64,000 bases of DNA, taken from Amoebophrya sp. A120. Lineage: Eukaryota > Protista > Dinoflagellata. The position numbers were made by a program, and so were the translations under genes. The notes beneath the pieces are model-generated. The model did not search any database. It was not told the origin of the DNA and worked only from the letters and a program-made list of their open reading frames with translations. The stretch covers positions 6,827,794 through 6,891,793 of the forward strand of contig CAJINV010000001.1 in NCBI GenBank assembly GCA_905178155.1, written 5' to 3'. Below, piece after piece: positions 8,746 to 19,428 of this stretch. Every line of letters starts with the position of its first letter. Position 1 is the first letter of the stretch.

Positions 8746-11286
8746 CTACAGTTTCACAATCACCGCGGTGATGTCGTCCACGACTTGTCCGAGCATGCGG
8801 ACGGTCCAGCGATCGTAGCACTCCTTGGCCATCACTTCCGCTGCGTCGGGGATACCACGCTTCATGTGCGTTTCCACGAACTCGACGCACTCCTGGCTGG
8901 ACATGAACTCCCACACCCCGTCGCTGCACAGCAGCAGAAATTCGTCGGTGGTTAACTGGCTCTCCTGTTCCCCCTTGTCACCGCGTTGGCCGGCCTTCAC
9001 GGTAGAACTGTTCGTCGAAGAGGTGATCGACCCGGGCAGCGCGCCGCCGCCAGCAAAGGTCGGCACCACGGCGGTTGTCTCGCTCATGTGCCGCGGGGAC
9101 CCCGTGTGGTTTTTCGAACCAGCGGTAGAGAGACCGGAGGGCTCTTTGCTCTTCTTTCTGAGCTTCTCGAAGCTGATGGTAGGGACGGGTGAAATACCTC
9201 AGTTTTTGTAAGTAATGAGTTGGCAACTGCAGAAGAAAGGCGACTGATGGCGCGCGCAGAGCAGTGCCGTCTCCCGTGGGCAGGAGCGGGGGAGCGACGA
9301 TTCATTTTCACAGCACGAACTGTAGATCCAGCACATGCTTAATACCTGCGTCGTAGTATCCCGCCAGGTCGCCGAGCGCGCGGGACATGTTTAGGCCGGG
9401 ATACCTGCCCTTTTTGGCATACACCCGGTAGTTGTAGAACCCATCGAAGATCACGCGGCCGCCGCTGTTTTCGATGCGCTCTCGCTCGGCCGGGTCGTCC
9501 GGTTTGTGATCTTGCGTCAGGTCAACGGCGTACAGCCCAGACTTACTGTTGGAGGAGGTGTTGTCATCCTTTTCGCTGCCGCCCGCTCCCGCTCCGGCGG
9601 AGGAGGGTGGCTGAGTTTGTTGTTCGCAATAAGACTAAGAGTAACACGAAAATAAACATCCTCCTGCTGCCGTGCATGACATGAAGTGAAAAACACAGCT
9701 GTTTTTTTCGTACACGACGATCTTTTGCTTTTCGAACCTCAGCACGTATTTTGCCGCGTTGCGGTACTTACTTGGACAGAACCCTTTGTTATACCTGTTG
9801 CGACGCTGACAGCCACGACAACGATCGGCTCATCAAGTAGTCAATTTTAGCTGTTTGTGTGCGGTTCGAGGCCGTCGCATTCGCGGCGCCACCGGCGTCG
9901 CTCGCGTCCAAGGCCCCCAGCGTCATTCTGCGACCCAAAACTGCTCGTGAATCGCCCACATGGGCGGTCCAGATTTCCCCCTTGCTGATCAGGTGAACGA
10001 CAACCGTCGCCGTCGTGCCTGGTGTGGTTAGATTTTTATGCATCACCAATACCCTGGACGGAAAAAATCTGTTCCCCACGACTGCGATTAGAAAAACTAA
10101 GTTCTCCACCAGAGCTCACGCGAATACCTGAGAACTGTGCATTCAAGTGTCCGATCTCCGTGGCTTCTTCCAGAAGTCGCTGCGTCTGCTCGAAGGCGCT
10201 GCGCAGCGCCACATCGGGTTGGGTAATCAAGATCGGGTTCAGTATAACCCGCTCAGGTGTTACAATCTCAAACGTTACAATAGAATCTGGGATTTGTCTT
10301 GCATCGCGAGCATTACAGACTCACAGACCGTTCCACTTTCTGCAATACAAATTCCGCCAGGAGATTGTAGTGCGGTTTGGGACTTCGGAACTTGTCATGC
10401 GCCGCCCCATGAGAGTTGGCTAGATCATGCATTTCTTGCATCACAGATTTCCAGATTCTATTGTAACGTTTGAGATTGTAACGTTTGAGCAGGTCATATT
10501 CAGCACCAGAACCTTCGGCAGCGCGTTCTTCACGAACTCGGATATCACACAGAAAAAAACTGGCAGGTCATATTTGTAATGCAAAAATAAATACACAAAA
10601 AAATCTGTATGGCGTATCCTAAACAGCATGCTATGAGGCCGCCCATGACAGATTTTTCTTTGCATTTATTTTTGCATTACAAATATGCCCTGCCAGCCTT
10701 TTTCTGTGGGATATCGGATACATCGTGCCCAAACGGCCCATGCCCGTCGAAAACGCCGTAGATGCTCAAATCTTGCCCGGCCTGGTTTAGTTTTTGTTCG
10801 TTTCAGGTTGCGTTGTGAGGACATGATCACTATCACAAACACATTCATATTGCTTCGACAGCTGCAAACATACTGAGACATTAGTTTCCGTCGCTCTTTT
10901 TATACCTTGACCACCAAGAAGCTGTCTTGATTGGGCGCTTCTGGTTTCAAACCCTTTTTGCACACGAAGCCGAGGTTGTCGCGTGCCGCCTGTTCGATCG
11001 GGTGCCCGAGCTCCTCGACGGTCTTTTGCGAAAAGGACTGGCGCCGCAGATCCGTGGAGCTGCTGGCGGACCAGGACTGGCGGCGGCCCTGCTCGCCCTC
11101 GAGGATCTGCTGCAAGGTCTTCGAGTGGACTTCGAGCAGCAGCGATCGGTTCTTCTCGGTCGCGCCGGTGGTGCTGTCGCCGGTGGTACTGCTGCCGCCC
11201 GGAGGAAGATGACTCGGATCGACAAAACCCAAGCTCAAACGCCGCCGGGTGGGCGCCACCGGTGGCTTCGAGTGCTGACATCCCAT
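8746..11286 (-). CDS. Protein phosphatase 2C (PPM family), multi-exon, N-terminal MGCxxS acylation-like motif
   Basis: Motifs NQDS, GVFDGHG, SGTTA, AHVGDSRAV, DHKP, GLNMSRALGD, LCSDGVWE, DDIT. GT-AG introns at 10782-10905, 10019-10127, 9611-9794 and 9198-9345, plus two TIR introns. Confidence 0.95.
10243..10498. mobile_element. Introner/MITE-like non-canonical intron 1 in PP2C
   Basis: TSD TTCAG at 10238-10242 and 10499-10503; TAT...ATA ends; about 55-bp imperfect TIR. Removal with one TSD copy gives VLVLNPILITQPD. Confidence 0.9.
10543..10713. mobile_element. Introner/MITE-like non-canonical intron 2 in PP2C
   Basis: TSD TCGGA at 10538-10542 and 10714-10718; TAT...ATA ends; about 65-bp TIR. 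Removal with one TSD copy restores GHDVSEFVKNALP. Confidence 0.9.
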
Positions 11287-12090
11287 ATAGAAACGTCACA
11301 GGAACAAACTATGGACGAATCAGAAAGTGCGCAACAGAAACGATAACATGAAAACGCAGCGCTCAAAGCGAAACGAGAAACGCTCTCTCACTGAATCACT
11401 GTTGCAAAAAGCACCGTCGGGCTGTTGGAAAAAACGGGGTATCTCACCATGTCCCCCAGGACCTCGACCCGCTGCTCTCGTTACAAGTGAAAAATCTGGA
11501 CACTGCGCGTCTCATGTCATTTGACAAAATTGTCCCCCCACATGCTGCTGTTGCCACTAATCGGCTTCAACTTCTAAAGCGCTTTCGTAAATCTCACCGC
11601 TCGTTTGCAACGTGTTCGATTGACTTTGAAATTCTTCACCATCACCACCACTTCAGAGGACGAAAAATTAATTCAAGCGACTCATTATTAACAGTGGAAA
11701 AAGGGTCGCGCGGTGTTGCTGCGAATAACTTGTTGCAGGCCTCGAACAATTTCGATGGCCTTGTTTGTTTAGCAGCATCCTCAGCCTTGAACAGGGAGTT
11801 GTTTATAGATACGCTTCAAAACCCGACGCTTGACTTGCTTCAACATCATCATCCTGCTAATCCAGTCCACTTCTTCTTTAGAAGCAAACCAATGCAGCCT
11901 CCTGCTTCTAGGAAGTCACTCTTTTATTGTTCCTAGTGAATGATCAAGGCTCATAGACGCCAGGTTTTTACGCGGCGAGTTAACAAGTTGAGCGTGTTAG
12001 CTCTGCAACTAATCAGCGTGACGAGAATTCCATCAGTAACTAATGTTCTGAATCTGAGCAAATCATTCTCATTGAGATTGACGGCCTCGA

Positions 12091-15000
12091 TCAAAATTCT
12101 CGATCCCAATGTGTGCCGTCGTCCTTGTAGGGGATTTGTGGAGGCATCCAGCTTGGATTCACGTTGAGCTTGAACACCATGTATTCCGGATTCGACCAGG
12201 TTTTGGACAGAAACGGCCCCTCCAGCCGCCCGGCCTCCAGGGCCTGCCAGTCGAAGAAGCGTTGGGACGGCAACGTCTTGTTCTTCAGGGACGAGGTGGA
12301 GCTGCTGGACCCGAATTTAGGCGTGTCCTTGCTGTTCGTGGTGCTGGGCGGCGGATCCACCACGTTGCCCTCTTCGTCCACGTACTTGTAGCCGTTGTCC
12401 GCGATATCTGCTTCCGCCGTGTTCGCATCGGGCGCGATCATGAAGTACGGATGCACCAGGACGTTTTCCATCTTGCCCTTGCGCATGGGCAGCCGCTCGT
12501 GCGGGTTCGACTTGCAGAGGTTCGAAAAGAAACTCCAACTCTCGTAGCTGCCGCCGGTCTCGTACCACATCTCCTCAAAATCGGCGATGTTGTTCCGCTT
12601 GATGTTGCTGTAGATCTTGTCCACGGAATCCGCCTCGTAGGGCGTGAAGCCCATGTTCATCTCGAAGAACACCACCCCGAGCGACCACCAGTCGAACTCG
12701 AAGCTGTGGCCCTTCCCGGAGATGACCTCGGGGGCGAAATACAGAGGCGTGCCGCAACACGTGTAGGTGCGGCCCACGATCAGTTTCGCGAGGCCCAGAT
12801 CCGCCAGCACCGCGTAGCCCTTCGCATCAATCAACACGTTTTCCCCCTTCAGGTCGCGGAACACGATGTGCTTCGAGTGGAAAAAGTCCAGCGCCTCCAC
12901 CACACAGGCGGTGTGAAACCGCACATACCAATCGACGCCGTGGAGGTGGTTGGTCTCGTACATTTTCCCGAGCTCCCCGCCGGGCGCGAGCGACATGAGG
13001 AGAAACAGGTTGCTGCTGTCCTTGTAGGTGTTGCATAGCTTCACGACGAAGTGGCAGTCGGACACGATTTGCAGGAGGCGTTTTTCGTTCAACACCGCCT
13101 GCTGCAGCCCCGACTGCACGACGTGCCCCTTGCTCATCTGCTTCAAAGCATAGTAGTGATTCTTCTTGTCTTTCACGAGAGTGACCGCGCCGAAGGCCCC
13201 GCACCCCAGCAACCCGACTTTCCGCAGCTCCGACATTTCCAGCCAGGGTTTGTGGAACGCCGTGTCGCGCTTCGCCGTGGATTGCCCACCGGCTCGGGAT
13301 TGCTGTGCATCCAAATGGTACTGCAGCATTTCCGACTCATTTAGCACCAGGGAATTCCGGTCGGAAATGGTCGACCGCCGCTCGCTCATGCGCTCCGGGT
13401 CCAGGAGGAACGAGAGCTTCTCCGTGCCCATCAGCAGCTCCAGTGTGATGCGGCGCAAGCAGTAGGCTTGCACGCGCGACGTGGAGACCACCGTTTCTGC
13501 GCTGGCCGTGTTTTTCAACAGCGCCTGCTCGCCCAGCAGCAAGCACGAGCTCAGGTCGCGCTCCCAATTCACCGCGTGCACCGAGATCTGCTCCTCGTCG
13601 AACGCCGCGTCGAGCGCCACGCGCTTGAGCCCCCCGTCCGTGACAAGGTACATGGCTTCCAGCGTCTCGCTCAGCCGCAGCAGCTCGGTTCCCGGCTCAA
13701 ATTCGGTGTACACCAGCGTTTCCGAAATCGCGTGCAGTTCCTCCTCCGTTAGGTGCTTGCCAAAGGTCTTCGAGGCCGCGGCGAACGCCTCGGCTACCCG
13801 CAGCTGCTCCGCTTTCGTCTCCTCCTGCAGATACGCCTGAAAGTGCTCGCGGTGCAGCACGAACAGTTCCGCGCTGTCGGGCGTTTCGTCCTCTTTTTTG
13901 ACGGGAGTGTTGTCACCGTCCTCCTCTTCCCCCTCGACGTGTGCCCACTCCTCGTCGTAATCGTTGGCGCTGGTGCACAGCACGGTGGCTTCGCGCGCCC
14001 GGTGGTACAGCAGCGCCAGCTCGCCGAAACTTTCCCCCGCGGAGAGGTATTTTTCCGCTTGGTGCACCCAGAACGTGCCCTTGTTCACGATGAAGAAGTG
14101 CTCGCAGTCCAGCGCCCCCGCAACCACCACCTTCTTCCCCGGTCGGCACGGCACGCGGATGGCCTTGCCGGACAGGTCCCAGGCCTTGTCGCGGTTGGTG
14201 ACCACGTTCTTCAGAAGCTTGTTTCCCCGCAGCGCCTGCATTATCATGTCGCGCTCTTCCTTGGTGGTCTTTATTTCATCTCCGGTCCTCTCCTCGTTGC
14301 GTCCTCTGTGGTCCCTGCTGGTGCGAGGGGCGGCGGCCAGCGGAACTAGATCATCCCCTAACGGCTCCCGATCGGCCAGGTAGCGGAACAGCTCGGAGTC
14401 CCGGTACCGGCGTCGCGGCCCCGGGGCCACGGCCAGCTTGTGCGAGCGCCGGATCCCCTTCTTGGGATACGGCAACCGCAACGCCTTGTAGCTTTCGCGT
14501 GTCAGTAGCAGCCCGACCACCGGCCCGCGTTTTTTCTCCTTGTTTTTCCCATCGTGATGATCTGTTTCACTATGAATGTCGTCCGCGTCTTCACTGACGG
14601 GCCATCCTGAAGATTCCCCCGTTATTCGGTCCTCCATGACCACATCGATGTCGCCCAGCATCACGGCACTTCCCTCCTCTTCTAGAAGCCGCCCGTGTTC
14701 CTTGTGGTGCGCCGAAGGACCCACAGCTTTCAATTCGATCTCTTGATGATGATTGGCGTTGTTCAACATCGACGAGCCTGCTCTGCTGCCTCCGCTCTTC
14801 TCCAGCTTAGATGAAGAAGCACCACTAAGGAAGTCCCCAAGGTGGTGACCGTAGCCGACGCGGCGCTCCAGCACACCGTCCGACACACGGCGTTCCTCAA
14901 TTTTCCCGGCGACGACGACAAACAGCCCCGGGACGCCGGAAAAAGCCGTGCCGGAGGACGCAATCTTGTGCACCTCGAACCCGTGCCGGAAAACCTCCGT

Positions 15001-15252
15001 GCGCTGGGCCTTGCTCAGGTGCGACAGCGTGCGAATTCGCGCCACGCTGGCCCGCAGCTCCTCGAGATCGAAACGTGCACCCGTAGCTTCCAAATCCGCC
15101 ACCCACGGCGGCGGACTCGTGTCCCCCTCCTCGGAAGACGATTCTCCATCCAAGCCCTTCATGTTTTCCTTCTCGACTTCAGGCCGGTATTCGTGTCGCT
15201 TGGACGACGCGGCAGATTTGACTGCCCCAAAACATCCACAGATCCCGGCCAT
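12091..15252 (-). CDS. Cyclic-nucleotide-dependent protein kinase (PKG-like AGC kinase with cNMP-binding domains)
   Basis: cNMP cassette GESFGELALLYHRAREATV plus degenerate copies. Kinase motifs GCGAFG, YALK, FRDLKGEN, DLGLAK, TCCGTPLYFAPE, DWWSLG. Single 1053-aa ORF. Confidence 0.93.
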   Translation of the reverse strand: MAGICGCFGAVKSAASSKRHEYRPEVEKENMKGLDGESSSEEGDTSPPPWVADLEATGARFDLEELRASVARIRTLSHLSKAQRTEVFRHGFEVHKIASSGTAFSGVPGLFVVVAGKIEERRVSDGVLERRVGYGHHLGDFLSGASSSKLEKSGGSRAGSSMLNNANHHQEIELKAVGPSAHHKEHGRLLEEEGSAVMLGDIDVVMEDRITGESSGWPVSEDADDIHSETDHHDGKNKEKKRGPVVGLLLTRESYKALRLPYPKKGIRRSHKLAVAPGPRRRYRDSELFRYLADREPLGDDLVPLAAAPRTSRDHRGRNEERTGDEIKTTKEERDMIMQALRGNKLLKNVVTNRDKAWDLSGKAIRVPCRPGKKVVVAGALDCEHFFIVNKGTFWVHQAEKYLSAGESFGELALLYHRAREATVLCTSANDYDEEWAHVEGEEEDGDNTPVKKEDETPDSAELFVLHREHFQAYLQEETKAEQLRVAEAFAAASKTFGKHLTEEELHAISETLVYTEFEPGTELLRLSETLEAMYLVTDGGLKRVALDAAFDEEQISVHAVNWERDLSSCLLLGEQALLKNTASAETVVSTSRVQAYCLRRITLELLMGTEKLSFLLDPERMSERRSTISDRNSLVLNESEMLQYHLDAQQSRAGGQSTAKRDTAFHKPWLEMSELRKVGLLGCGAFGAVTLVKDKKNHYYALKQMSKGHVVQSGLQQAVLNEKRLLQIVSDCHFVVKLCNTYKDSSNLFLLMSLAPGGELGKMYETNHLHGVDWYVRFHTACVVEALDFFHSKHIVFRDLKGENVLIDAKGYAVLADLGLAKLIVGRTYTCCGTPLYFAPEVISGKGHSFEFDWWSLGVVFFEMNMGFTPYEADSVDKIYSNIKRNNIADFEEMWYETGGSYESWSFFSNLCKSNPHERLPMRKGKMENVLVHPYFMIAPDANTAEADIADNGYKYVDEEGNVVDPPPSTTNSKDTPKFGSSSSTSSLKNKTLPSQRFFDWQALEAGRLEGPFLSKTWSNPEYMVFKLNVNPSWMPPQIPYKDDGTHWDREF

Positions 15253-16139
15253 GATTAAATCGCCTGATCCCGAGAGAATACAAGGTGGAAATCGTTGTTT
15301 TCGCCGGACGACGTTTGTGACATCTATCTATTTTTGCGAATCGTGGCTTTTTCCGCGAGGCCACAACTTCTTGATACCATCTTGCTAAATGTGGCATTTC
15401 GATTTCGTGCTTCATCCGTCTGTACCAACAAACCCTCTTGCTTCTCTACTGACGATGAGAAAGATGACGCGCTGGCGCCCTATCTCTCTCTACTCGGCCG
15501 ACATGAACTCATCTTCTCTCCGTATCTTCCTACTCTCTATCTCTGCGGATTGCGATATGCGTTCGTCACATATACCTAGAGTAGAAAGAAGGAATATCGA
15601 AAACGATATCAATCGACACAATGAAGCTTCGGCGAGAGACTAACGACGAGGAGAAAATCAATCCGCGCAGAGCAGCACATGCGCCTGCAGTTGCGGCTTC
15701 GCTTGCTCGATCGTATACTGTGGAAGTGGAGGGAGGACGCCTCGTCACACTATTTCAGCTGAGCGGTACTCTATCTTCAGTTTCAGTTCTTGAAACACGG
15801 AACTACAAGAGCGAAGATTCACAAAGGGATACAAACCTCTGAAAAGGGGATAGTTCGCCGCTAGAGGATGAGAGTCAGATTGATTTTGATATGAAGAGTT
15901 GTTCTCGCAAAACAGTAAAGTGGGCTTGTAACGACAAGCAGAAACGACAAACGATCTAGGTGGTACATTTTTGGGCATGGGCGCAGCCGGGCTGCATAAT
16001 CGAAACAGAAACAAACTCAGAACGATAACATCACGATTGAAGTAGATACAAAGTTCATTTTTGGCAAATAGTTCTCGTGTCCCTTGCCTTTACCAGCAAC
16101 ATTTTCCCGGCGACAGCACACGTTCCTTTTCGCCCCCTT

Positions 16140-18933
16140 CTACTTGGTAGTGTTTCTCGCTCGTGTCTTCTGCTGTCGGGTTTCGACTACCGCGACGGAT
16201 TCTTTGCTCTTGTCACTCGGCGACGTCACTGCCTCGTCCTCCTCGGCGTCCGGAGCGATTTTCGCGTATTTAGTCGTGTTCATGTTCAAAAAGTCCTTCG
16301 AGATTTTCCCGACCAGAGCTTGGTAGGCCAAATTTTTGTGCGATGAAATTTCATCGTCCTCCTTCTTCCGAGACCACACAGTCCCGCTGAACTGCGAGAG
16401 CCACATCAGCCGGAGAATCACCAGGACGGCGAAAGCAACGACAGCGAACGCCACAGTCAGGTAGTTGCCCCGCATCGACGTGCCCGGAAAGGACGTGTCG
16501 TACCACCACGTGAGAACCAATCGCGGGTGGAAGCCAAGCTGCTGGCTGTCCAGGAACGAGTTCACGTCTTCGCTGTGAATCCGGTAGGAGTAGGAAGACC
16601 GGGTTGGGTTATCCGTATCATAGTACTGCAAAATCCAGTGCGCGTGCGACGGAAGCTTTTCCATCCCCTGAAAAGCCGGGGGCAGCAGGCGCGGGTTCCG
16701 CTTTTCGTGCAAGGTCACGACTGTGTACTGCTGGTTTTCCTGCAAGTGTGTTGCGTCGCAGGTGGTCAAAGGTGCGCGCACGCTGAGATACTGCCCCTTG
16801 AAGTCCTTTAAATGTTGCGGCCCTTTCACCAGCTCCGGGCGCCCGATCGCGGTACAGGCGATTTTGCACCTGCTTCCCGCTTTGGCGCCAAAATACGCGG
16901 CCTTCGTCAGGAGCAGGCTCCGTATTTCCGTCACACTGCCGATCGGCTCGGCGGGGGAGTTCCCGTTGTTCGTCCAAATGTTGCTCAACAGGTCTTTCGA
17001 TAGCCCCAAGTCTTCGGGGGAGCAATCGTGGAGAAAGTACGAACTGTGAAACGTCGGGTTGTGGCAGTGAAACTTGTTGCGGATCAAATCCCCGGTGAAG
17101 GTGTACCTGCCCGTGTAGATGTGCATGGAATCCTCCTTCGCGGGCACGGAGAAGACGTTTTGGTAAGAGAGTTGGTCTGACAACTTCCAGTTCCCCGGGC
17201 CGATCAAGAACTTCTGCGACAAGGGCTTCAAACTGGCAAAGCTCTTCAGCGCCACCCACTTCACCGTGATATCAAATGTAAAAGTGTCTGGGTCTGGAAG
17301 AGTCATGCTGTTTTTGCATGACACAGAAGGTCTGGCATGGAAGCTCTAGCATCACAGGTTTCGAGAACCTTCCGCGATGCCGAATCCGCATGACAAGTCC
17401 CCTATTTTGCAGACAAAAAGTGGGAGCTTTTGCTACCTATGCATGAGAGACTTTTCTGTGTTCTGAAATACGCATTACAAGTTGCATTCTTGTTCCAGAC
17501 CCAGACATTTTTGCATTTGATACGTGACCTGCAGATACCAGGCCAGGTATTCTGTCGTTATTGCCCGAACTATCCTGAGTAAAAACGTCCCCACACCAAA
17601 GTTGTCATGCTAACGGACTGCAACTTGTGATGCGTGACCCCCAAAAGTTCTAGGTTTGTGTTGCAAAATCCCCATCTTGACTCTGGTGTGGGGATGTTTT
17701 TACTCAGGATACGAACGTCATTCATGTCTACTTCGAAATCCAGCGGCCCGTGCACTTGCTTCACAAAGCCAGTGCCCGCCTTCTCGTGGAAGCAGTTCAG
17801 GCCGCCCAGCTTTTTCGGACACTCGTAGTCCCCGTGCCACTCAAACACGGCGCTCCAGTCGTAGCATTTATTCCTATTCGTATCGCCCTTCGGGTTGCAG
17901 CTCGGATAATCGGGCATGCGGTGCCGCATGTTCGGGCCGTGGACGGCGTGCGCGTGGTGGATCTGGATGGGCGGGTTGCCCAAAACCTCTTTCGTCGAGG
18001 CCGCGATCGGCGCAACGCCGTACTCCGTCACGCCGATTCCTGTTTGGAAGTTTAACGAGATAGTTATGTACTTCTCTCGGTCTGCGGTGGATCTGAACAG
18101 GCTAGCTTGAAACGCAAACGTTCTTGCAGAGGTTGATTCGCTGCCCTCCAACAAAGATTGACTCCGGCAACATCAAATGCACTCTACAACAGATGATTGT
18201 ACAGAAAATGCGTTGTAAATACCTCCTTCATGCTTTTCCGCCAGACCACCCAGCCCCGCGATGTCATTGACGTGCAGTTGCCACCAGTCGTGGCCGCCGC
18301 GCGAAAAAAACGGCCCGATGACATCTCGCACGTAGCCACTGGTGCGCTTTTTGCTCTTCTTGTCGCCGGAAGCGGTGGAACGTACGATGCGTGGTCCCGG
18401 GGAAAGGAGGCCTTTTCCACTGACGAAATTCATACCCGACCACTTCCAGCTTTCGGCATAAGTGGACTCATGCTCAGGAATGAAGTCGTAGCCGTTAAAC
18501 GTAGAAAAACTCTGCGGGAAAATTTTTTTTTGCATAATTACGTGACTTGTTGCAGAACGTTAACGGCAGCGCAAGCTGCAGGAAAAGATAAAAAAAGACG
18601 GCCATTTCTACAACGATTGATTACCGACTAGTGCTATGGATTTATCGAAAAAGTACACGAAGGAGAAATTCTTACCTTGGAATCAAAGTAGAAATTGGCG
18701 AGAGTTTCTGGGCCGTATGCCGCAAGGGTTTGGTTAAACTCCTGCTTCCAGCGCAGATTGTTAGGAACAGTTCCGTGAACCGGAAGTAGGTTCGCGTTCG
18801 TCACGCCCCTTCCCTGCGACTCCCCACTCTGCACGAGGGGCTCGGAGGAAGGACGACCTGCTCCTAAACCTACGCATGAGCTATGCTGGGAAGCCAACAA
18901 TAAGAGACGCAACAAAGCAGAGCAACGCGTCAT
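16140..18933 (-). CDS. Unknown type-I membrane protein (signal peptide, C-terminal TM helix), 5 exons
   Basis: GT-AG introns at 18512-18675 and 18040-18222 plus two TIR introns join the ORF fragments in frame (MNDVRAITTEYLAWYLQVTVKWVALK). TM segment YLTVAFAVVAFAVLVIL. Confidence 0.8.
17270..17522. mobile_element. Introner/MITE-like non-canonical intron 3
   Basis: TSD CGTGA at 17265-17269 and 17523-17527; ends TATCAAATG...CATTTGATA; about 30-bp TIR. Confidence 0.9.
17571..17711. mobile_element. Introner/MITE-like non-canonical intron 4
   Basis: TSD CGAAC at 17566-17570 and 17712-17716; ends TATCCTGAGTAAAAAC...GTTTTTACTCAGGATA; about 32-bp TIR. Confidence 0.9.
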
Positions 18934-19428
18934 CTTTTTCGCTTCGTTTCCTGTTCTACTTGTGCACCTTCTCAGTCGTTCTCTACTGCAAATGGGAATG
19001 AAGATTCTCATTTGTGATATAGAATCCTGGGGCTACACAACGACCACGACCGCACGGTGAATACTGAAGACCAACGCTCGAACTCTGCGTCTTTCTCCTT
19101 TATCGCTGTCACTCTAACGACAACGACAATCTCTCCTGTGCACGAACCCTCATTATTGCAGGCTTACAGACTGTTTTTGTCAAGAACGAAAGGGGACCAC
19201 CACGACACGGGACCAAATGTGACGACGATGTACTTTTTCTTGAAGTGTTGACTAGGTTCGTTGATCGCGACCTGACTTCACGTTTTTTGGTACATTTTCC
19301 GAATCCGTTGTTCTTCCGTCGATAGAAGTACTACGTACATTACAGCAAAACCGGCAGGTTGTAGACAATCAAGAAAAAAGTGCACAAAAATCATACATCG
19401 TACTCAATTCCGTATACTGCTCCTCCAC

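Noticed and set aside
9192-9347. Direct repeat AGGTATT at both ends of a PP2C intron as another introner
   Set aside because: The intron is canonical GT-AG and has no TIR.
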